A stretch of 64,000 bases of DNA from Rhodosorus marinus CCMP1338 (lineage: Eukaryota; Plantae; Rhodophyta). Under the pieces are notes generated by a model. It did not search any database, had not been told where the DNA came from, and worked only from the letters and a program-made list of their open reading frames with translations. Positions 56,848-64,000 of this stretch are shown piece by piece (the stretch's first letter is position 1; each line of letters starts with the position of its first letter). A program made the position numbers and the translations under genes. The DNA lies in contig JAMWBK010000004.1 in NCBI GenBank assembly GCA_029953675.1, forward strand, positions 2,914,001 to 2,978,000. The letters run 5' to 3'.

Positions 56848-58281
56848 ATGGAGATGACGACATTGGAGATGGAGGACGGCACTGTCAAAGGGGTAGACGA
56901 ACAGAGCTTGAACGAAAATGAGAACGAAAGCACGCAATCGAGCTCTATCTCTAGCAAAGAAGCACAAGTGGACGAAGAGAAAGACTTGGAGAATGGAGAT
57001 GATTCACAAAGGACCAATGAGAAACTGGGATGGATACTCATTGCATTTCTTTTATTGTGTGACATTATCGGTGCCGGGGTCTTGTCAATGCCGAATGCAG
57101 CAGCTACTTTGGGATGGTTTCCGTTCTTTTTTGTGAACACGATATGCTGGCTTTTTGCTTGTACTGCGGGATATCTTCTCTGGCGACTGAGGATGAGGTT
57201 ACGGGAGGACATACATTCGTATCCTCATGTAATGAAGGTGGTTTTTGGACCGAAAGCTCGGATGTACGCTAATGCAACTGTGTACCCGATTTTGTTCCTC
57301 TACGTAGCAGCGTACTGCTATACGCAAGGTTCATCGTGGTACGAGATTTTCAAGGACGAATCATCTCTGGGTCTTAGATTCTGGCTTTTGATCGCCGGTC
57401 TAGTATCGATTCTGGTGGCGCAATACAGGAGCTTTGAACAGATGGCGCTGGTATCTGCCACCTCGCTCCTCTTTATCATGATTCCCATATTCATATCCTT
57501 TGGCGTTATCGCAGAGCAGGTGACGGATACGTTGAACTACCCTACAGGCCCCAAAGTGTTGTTCGGATCAGCCTCATTTGACTCGAGTATTGTTGCCGCA
57601 ATGGACATCTTGTACTCATATGGCGGGGCTGTGGTCTTCCTCGAGATCATGTCGAATATGCGCGAAATTAAGCACTTTAAGCGTGCTCTTACGGTATCGC
57701 AGACAACTGCGTACACGGCCTACTGCACTACAGGAGGGGTTATTTACGGACTGGCAGGGGACGCGGACTGGTTGGTGTCTCCATACGTTGGATCACTCAA
57801 ACCAGGGGCGGCAAAGACTGTCGCGGAGGTACTGGTTATTGTTCACGTTGCACTAGCTGTTATAGTGTATGCCAACGTCCTGATTCAAGGGGTACAGAGG
57901 TGGGTTGAGCCCTTTGTCAAGCGCCTTGTACACGGCAAATTGGAGAACGGGAAACGGCACCCTGTTGCACTTCTGACAGACGGCTCCTGGAAAGCCAGGG
58001 GATGGTGGCTCTTGTGGTCTTCGATCACAATTTTGCTTGCTACAACTGTAAATATCGTCATTCCTTCCTTCCAAGTCCTGCTCGGGCTTGTAGCATCTCT
58101 GATCTCTTCCCAGACAACCCTGATCTGGCCTGGAGTGCTGGACTTGGGCTACTTTTTCAAGAAGCGTGTCGGGAAAGAGCATATTCTCTCGACAATATCG
58201 ACAATAGCGATCATCGTGGGGTCGGCCGCTCTGGTGCTAGGGCTGTACGGAGATGTAGCCAATATCGTCAAAGGAAGCTAG
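56848..58281 (+). CDS. Amino acid/auxin permease (Aa_trans) family transporter
   Basis: Intronless 477 aa, acidic N-tail, DIIGAGVLSMP..LGW motif, about 11 hydrophobic helices, YSYGG..FLEIMSNM..F.RAL. Confidence 0.92.
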   Translation: MEMTTLEMEDGTVKGVDEQSLNENENESTQSSSISSKEAQVDEEKDLENGDDSQRTNEKLGWILIAFLLLCDIIGAGVLSMPNAAATLGWFPFFFVNTICWLFACTAGYLLWRLRMRLREDIHSYPHVMKVVFGPKARMYANATVYPILFLYVAAYCYTQGSSWYEIFKDESSLGLRFWLLIAGLVSILVAQYRSFEQMALVSATSLLFIMIPIFISFGVIAEQVTDTLNYPTGPKVLFGSASFDSSIVAAMDILYSYGGAVVFLEIMSNMREIKHFKRALTVSQTTAYTAYCTTGGVIYGLAGDADWLVSPYVGSLKPGAAKTVAEVLVIVHVALAVIVYANVLIQGVQRWVEPFVKRLVHGKLENGKRHPVALLTDGSWKARGWWLLWSSITILLATTVNIVIPSFQVLLGLVASLISSQTTLIWPGVLDLGYFFKKRVGKEHILSTISTIAIIVGSAALVLGLYGDVANIVKGS

Positions 58282-58757
58282 GTCTTGTTCATACGTTCAT
58301 GGAAAAAGATTATTTTTAATTATAAAAAACCATTATATTTAGTAATAACCGCCACGCGTCCTTAAATTCCAATTATATTTCCCAACGTAGAGTTTATCAA
58401 TATTACACCAATTAACCCATCCCAAGTGTCCATTAATTCAGATAAAAACGAACCGGACACATCGGATCAATGTTCCTTGTGGCGAGAAGGATCGTCAAAT
58501 ATTAGAATTTCGGAAGTTTTAAGCAGGTTTCTGCGGGTGGGTGAGTTCCAATATATTTCCAGGACCAATGCTCACATTCAGTAGCACTTTGGCTGTTTCA
58601 GTTGAAAGGTCTACAAAACGGCACGGGCGCGTATGCACACAGCTGGGTGGGAGGGGGAGGTTGGGGAGGGCACTACTAGGCTTGGAGTATAGTTGAAACT
58701 GTGAACATTTCGTTTTTTTTGAGTTTTGTAGTTGTTTGGGATTGCTCGAGTGAAAAC

Positions 58758-60157
58758 ATGGGACTAGGATTTGTGGGTGTCGGTATCGGCCTGGAGAAGG
58801 CGAAGGCGAAGGCGAGGGTTGGGAACGGCAGTGCCTGTGTAAGGGCGCGGATGGCTTTATCAACTGAAGAGGGTAAGGCTTCCGCTGACAAAAGGCAGGC
58901 GTTGGTAAATTTGAAGGCCAGGCTGGTGAAGGAGTTGGAGACCCAGTTGGATGGTGGCGAAGTGGATATTTCGATGTACGCCAAGGATGTGAATTTTGTG
59001 GATCCCTTGAACAACTTTAAAGGTAGGGTTGATGTTTGACCACACTTTTGTACCCCGGGGGCGAAGTGGAGAGCTGAGACTTGGTGATCTAAACGCAATG
59101 TGGTTGCTGATTTTTCCCATCAGGAGCTGAAAAGCAGAAGAAGAACATTGAAATGCTAGCCAACTCACCCATCATGAGCATGGATTTTTTCAGATTGCAC
59201 GACATCTGGATCGATCCAAGGAAGGAGGCCGTAATGACGAGATGGACTCTCAACCTCAAGTTCAAACTGTTACCGTGGAAACCAGTATTGAGGTTCACAG
59301 GCACATCTGAATATGGATTAGATGACGATCTCCTCGTAAACCGCCATATTGACACGTAAGTGGGCATCACCTATGCAGTTCAGTTCCAACCGCGATTGAG
59401 GCCCGTTGCAGAGCGGTGACCGTTCTGCTACAAAATCGAGGTCCTAAGATGTCCGTTTCTAATATCTGCTCCCTACCGCGCGATATAGATGGGACTCGAT
59501 CAACAAGCAGACGTTCTCGTTCGAGGCGGTTGCCGACTTGGTATCCGAAATGTTCCGTAAAGATACAGGATCGGCTGATGTCGGATCAATGCTTCTTCGA
59601 CGGGATGTGCTGGGCTTTGAAGTTAGGAGGGTCACTGATGGAATAGTTGCAAACTGCCCCTACACCAACAGAGGAGACGGAATGGATGTTCTTGACCGCT
59701 ATTTCAACGGAGTCAACGAAAAAGCTAGACCAGTTTTCCGGCTAGCACCACTTGTTCTCAACTTTCCGGAAGGAATTCGAAGTGAGAAAAAATCCATGTA
59801 CAGTTACATAGCTGAAAAGAAACCTCCAAGATCGACAGCCGAAAAGGTCAAAGTAGAGGTTTGTCGGTCAATGACCGTCGCAGTGTTTAGTTTCCCTGGT
59901 AAGCGAGTCTCCACACAGAACGATCGAAAACGGGCTTGACGTCGCGTCTGAAGCCACTCCTTTTCCCGAACGTGCCTCTAGACCCAATCACACCTCAGAA
60001 TGCCGCTATGTTCGAGAAGTACCTCATGAGCCTGATCAAGAAGCGTGGGTACGACAGACTATCTGATCAAGTCCTCTTCGCGCAGTACACACCAGTCTAC
60101 ACACTGCCATGGCTCAGGAAAAATGAAATTTGGATACCGCTGGCCAACGACTACTGA
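58758..60157 (+). CDS. Plastid-targeted DUF2358/SnoaL-like + SOUL heme-binding protein, multi-exon
   Basis: MGLGFVGVG transit-like start; MYAKDVNFVDPLNNFK|..TRWTL..LPWKPVLRFTGTSEY..HID (DUF2358); C-terminal LDRYFNG.N, TVAVFSF, AQY.PVYTLPWLRKNEIWIP (SOUL). Confidence 0.88.
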
Positions 60158-60315
60158 TTTCAAACCACAGAACGACTGCGTTGCGGCTAAGGTTTTATTT
60201 ATATATACTTACTAAGGGTACACGTGCATGCTTGGGCTGCAATCGACATAAATTGAGTTGTTTTGGTTGGTCCAATATACATAAAATCAGTACTAGTCAG
60301 ACGAAGCTCTGCTCA

Positions 60316-61148
60316 CTACGCCCCATGAGCAGTACATGCTTCCGGTACAGATACGACAGTTGACCGTGGCCAAGAGTGGACTCGTGGGAATTGAATGTTG
60401 AACAGGGATATTTGTCTTAGTAGCTGGTCCACAGTCGGATCTTTCGTGAACTTCACGGCTTTGACTGTTGCGTATGGGAGGAGATTCCCCAGGCGCTCTG
60501 CTGCCAGAATATCCACAACATCATCGCCCACCACGACGATGTTGAGCTTTGCTCCTGGCGCTTTGGATCTCCTTGAAACCTCACGGCAAAACATCTGCGC
60601 TTTCCAGTCTTCGGGGTGCTCTTTGAACTCGTCCGAAAAAGTGTCCCTTGCGGATAACACGTCAATGTCTTTACATTCGTTCCAGGAACAAATCAGGAAA
60701 TTCGTCAGAAAATCAAAGCTTTCAAGCCAGGATTCAGTCCGCGGACTTACCGTACGCGGCTAGTACCCTCTTCACGCTCGGGAAAAACTTTGAGCATGAA
60801 AAATCAATCCAACTCATTTCCGCATTTGAGACAATCATGACATTACTCTGACCTGCAATTTTAATTAAAAGTCGCGCAACGCTTTTATCCAAAATTGCAA
60901 GCTTCTCCACCAAAGCCTCGTCAGGCATGCTGTTGTCTCCAGAGTCCAAATACTCCTCCAGGACTGAAGTGAACATCAACGTATCATCCCAGTCCAGAAA
61001 GCAAACTATAACAATAAAAAAAAAAGAAAGGTTTCTCTTCAGAACTCACAAACTCCAAAGAAGAAATACAAAACAAAACAAAACCAACTCGAAGCAATAA
61101 GCGCCAGGCTCCCAACTCACAGCTATTCTCTCTTTCAAACACCCCCAT
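60316..61148 (-). CDS. HAD-superfamily phosphatase-like protein (DWDDTL family), multi-exon
   Basis: Motif I CFLDWDDTL, motif II IVSNAE, Lys in DWKAQMF, motif IV VVGDDVVD. The start at 61148 is inferred through MGVFERENS|. Confidence 0.8.
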
Positions 61149-62644
61149 CCTCACACCAAGATCCTCAGTAACTTCTTAGACCTCCTTAAACAAATCCACA
61201 CTTTCTCATTTCACTCCGCTGCTCTCCATCTTAACAATGCCTTCCAACCTCCCTCCCCAAAACCACGTCTTACCACCCTGCCATGATATCGCCTCCCTTT
61301 CGTCCTTACCAACTCGTTCCACTCTGCACGCAAGTCTGGGATCATCATTCAGCGAACATTTTATATCTTCTTCCAAACTCCGTCCATGATACTAAATGTC
61401 AAGTCAAATTGATTCCACTCCATATTGATGGATAAGATTAACGTTTTTCGTTACTTTTGTATTATTTTTGTAAAATCTGAGGCGAGGAATCTTTAGATGA
61501 ATGTTCCCCTCTAGACAGAATTTTCTCTTTCCCCTTATATGTGCTTATTTTTAAACTTATTCACAAAAATGTTTTTTGATGGAGAAAATAAGGGGTGAGC
61601 AGCTTTTCTCGATTTTAGTATTTATTATAACTTTTTGTGCGTATCGGCGGTTAAACTCATCAACGGGCGGAAGTTCGTTCTTTAGCGTCTTTGATTGGAC
61701 AATTTCGTTGTCGCCAGGGAAAGTACTTTCAATATCATTGGATGTAAAATGGTATAAAATACAGTTTATTAATTTAAAACTAAGAACATTTCTGCATGAG
61801 GGAAAATTGTTGGATTAGAAAATTCTGATACTATGTTGAATTTATGATATATTCTCTATTTTAGCAAAATACTTGAATCTCGTGTATCTGGTAGCTTGCG
61901 GTTGTTAATAATACTAAGCGTGCGGTACTCGAGAACCGAGGCTGTGGAGCAAGCGTAAGTTGTCCAGTTTTAGATCGATCTCCGGGGTGGGGGAAGGAGA
62001 GGTTCAAACCAAATATTTTGAGGAAATGGGTACAATGTCAGAAGTGGATTATAGAGAGCTGGCAAAGCCGCGCAATACTGCAGAATTGAATTGATTTGAT
62101 GACGGTTTTGGCAGGGAGCCGCAATCCCAGTGAGGCCATATATTGCAAGAGCTGTGAGCTCTTAGTCCTGTCTGGTTCAGGTATTCTGTAGCGGGGGGGT
62201 AGGATTGAATGTATCACCCGAGTCGTCTCGCACCTGTAGAGATGCCACTATCAAATCCAATCTTATCGATGTAAGTCCCACCCCCCGTGCTCAAACGGCC
62301 TATATTCGTCGGGGCCCTGTTGAATTTAGCCCCTCCGATGAGTTCCATTTCAACTCAGAAGAGCACAGACTTAGCTCGTTCTGTCCAGAAGTCCTCAGCT
62401 GCTTCTATTGTAGATGCTGCTCCGAGCTCCCGTACCAGAATCACAGCGCTTCTGATGCAATGACGTCATCAACGATGCCCATCAGAACTTCTAAGCCGCC
62501 TTTGCCTGCTACACCCCGGTGCTTTGGTACCGCACAGTAGGTCACGCCCTTTGGATCATTCGGCAAGATTGATCTTGTGGAGGCTACGTAAAATCGTAGA
62601 GGTTTTTTGCTTGAGTTCAAAGCTCAAAAGGTTCCGCTCTTGTT

Positions 62645-63095
62645 CGGTGAATGGCCATCCAATATCATCCCAATCTTCTCGTCAGTGGACACTTCCTTAT
62701 CATCGCTCGGAGGAAGATTTGTCGAGTCAGAAAAGCTTGATCGTCTCCGAATTCCAGACCTTCTCAGTCGTCCAGTTAACTATCTCCAATCCTGCTAAGG
62801 CGTCCGAAACCAGTCGTCATGGCGGAGAACGGAGAAGAAAGGCCCGTGGTGCCACCAGATTTGACTAGACTTGAAGCGGGTCGGCACGTAAACGAATACT
62901 CCGCTGGTCATTTTCAACTTCAACTCGAATTCCGAACTCAGCGGATGCAAAAACCAGCGTCGAGAACACTGTCAATCCCCAAAGAGCTACGGAGGATACT
63001 TTTCAGCCGTGGCGCTTATTTTTCTCTTCAGTATTCTACACACCACTACATACTTTCAAAGACCCAAGTGAAAATTTGCCGTCCTTTTGCCCTTC
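62645..63095 (-). pseudogene. Partial, decayed duplicate of the NT-C2 gene (copy of ~50735-51195)
   Basis: Co-linear nucleotide similarity that includes the intron, e.g. cctgctaagg..ccagtcgtcatggcggagaac and ttgatcgtctccgaattccaga in both copies. The copy has a +1 frameshift, TAA/TGA in the parental frame and a lost CAG acceptor. Confidence 0.85.
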
Positions 63096-64000
63096 AAAAT
63101 AGAAAAGCTTTTGCGCTTGCATTTCGTTTTCGCGTGCTAGTCGGTGAACAAGAACTTTGCGCCGAACTAGAATTTCTTTGGCTTGGAGAGCACCGCAACA
63201 CATAGTGGGAGCATAAATCGCATGGAGCAGCTGGAACATGTAGCCCAATCAGAGCGTAGGAAGCAGAAATTTAGCGCTACCTGCCCAGTGCCTATCTCGA
63301 GTGTCCATATTTACGACCTCCATCTCTCCAGCTTCCGAACGAATCATACTCATCTATCCACTGTGAGAGATTACGCTCTCGCAAACCAGAATGTTCCTAC
63401 CCGCACCAAGCTCCAAAGCCGTAGCGGTGGCGGAAGTGTTGTACAGTTCAAGGAAGGTTTTGTCCTGCTGAAACCAAACAAAGACCCCTAAAATAGTTTA
63501 CATCCTGAACATCATCATCCTCAATCGGTTGAAGCCGACCGCTCTCCCCCGCCACCAGAAGTCTCTGACCAGGATGATGAGGACCTGTGTCCCAATCGGG
63601 TTGGGACAAGCGCTTCGGAGAACGTTCCCTACAAAAAAAGCTACTTGTTGGCGAAGGGCAAAAGCAGCGTGGCCATGGGAGTGGAGGAGATGGTATCATC
63701 TTCGCGAGTGACAAAGGGTATCAGCTTTGCGGGCTAGAAGAAGTCGTGCAAGGAGCTTTTGTGTTGGTGAAGGACGAGGTCGCTCATCAACTTTGTGAGG
63801 GACAAGAGGGTATTTTATTGGCCGTGGTTCGATGTGATTGTTTTGACGATGGACAAGCGGCAAAGACTTGCGTGAGGAGGACGACGGCATCTTGGTCAGG
63901 GATAGTTTGTTCTTCCTTGATAAGGGAGAAAAGTGGGAAACGTGACGTAAGCTTTGAAGCTGCTCAGCACGTGTGTGGATGTATTTTGATGAATCGTATG

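Noticed and set aside
58758-60157. DUF2358 + SOUL fusion as a novel architecture
   Set aside because: The same architecture is known in plant plastid heme-binding proteins, so it is listed as a feature only.

Overview
Gene-dense eukaryotic nuclear DNA with short GT-AG introns (mostly about 55-140 bp) and AT-rich intergenic spacers. It is most likely from a unicellular red alga. This is an inference from the M..FV-type plastid transit peptides at 39720 and 58758, a GLB3-type globin, PEPC and the compact intron style. About 20 recognisable genes: truncated globin, PH-like/pseudokinase, glutamine-dependent NAD synthetase, F-box/ankyrin, cytosolic MDH, Pet127, 2-oxoglutarate dehydrogenase E2, syntaxin, PEPC, extended SDR, FN3/tRNA-binding fusion, FAD oxidoreductase, Tudor-SN, TRAPPC1, NT-C2 coiled-coil protein, ACL5-like aminopropyltransferase, amino-acid permease, SOUL protein and HAD phosphatase. 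Also several hypothetical or decayed coding tracts, one 145-bp MITE with TIRs and TSD, a 121-bp tandem duplication, an 18-bp near-palindromic minisatellite, and a pseudogenised partial copy of the NT-C2 gene. I saw no rRNA, tRNA or CRISPR. Best leads: an unexplained, densely base-paired ~210-nt element at 9400-9610; a plastid-targeted FN3 + tRNA-binding fusion; an OGDH E2 with two lipoyl domains; a PEPC ending MQGTG instead of (Q/R)NTG; a kinase lacking the catalytic K and D; and an apparent antisense CDS overlap at the Pet127 3' end. All exon models are hand-derived and untested.
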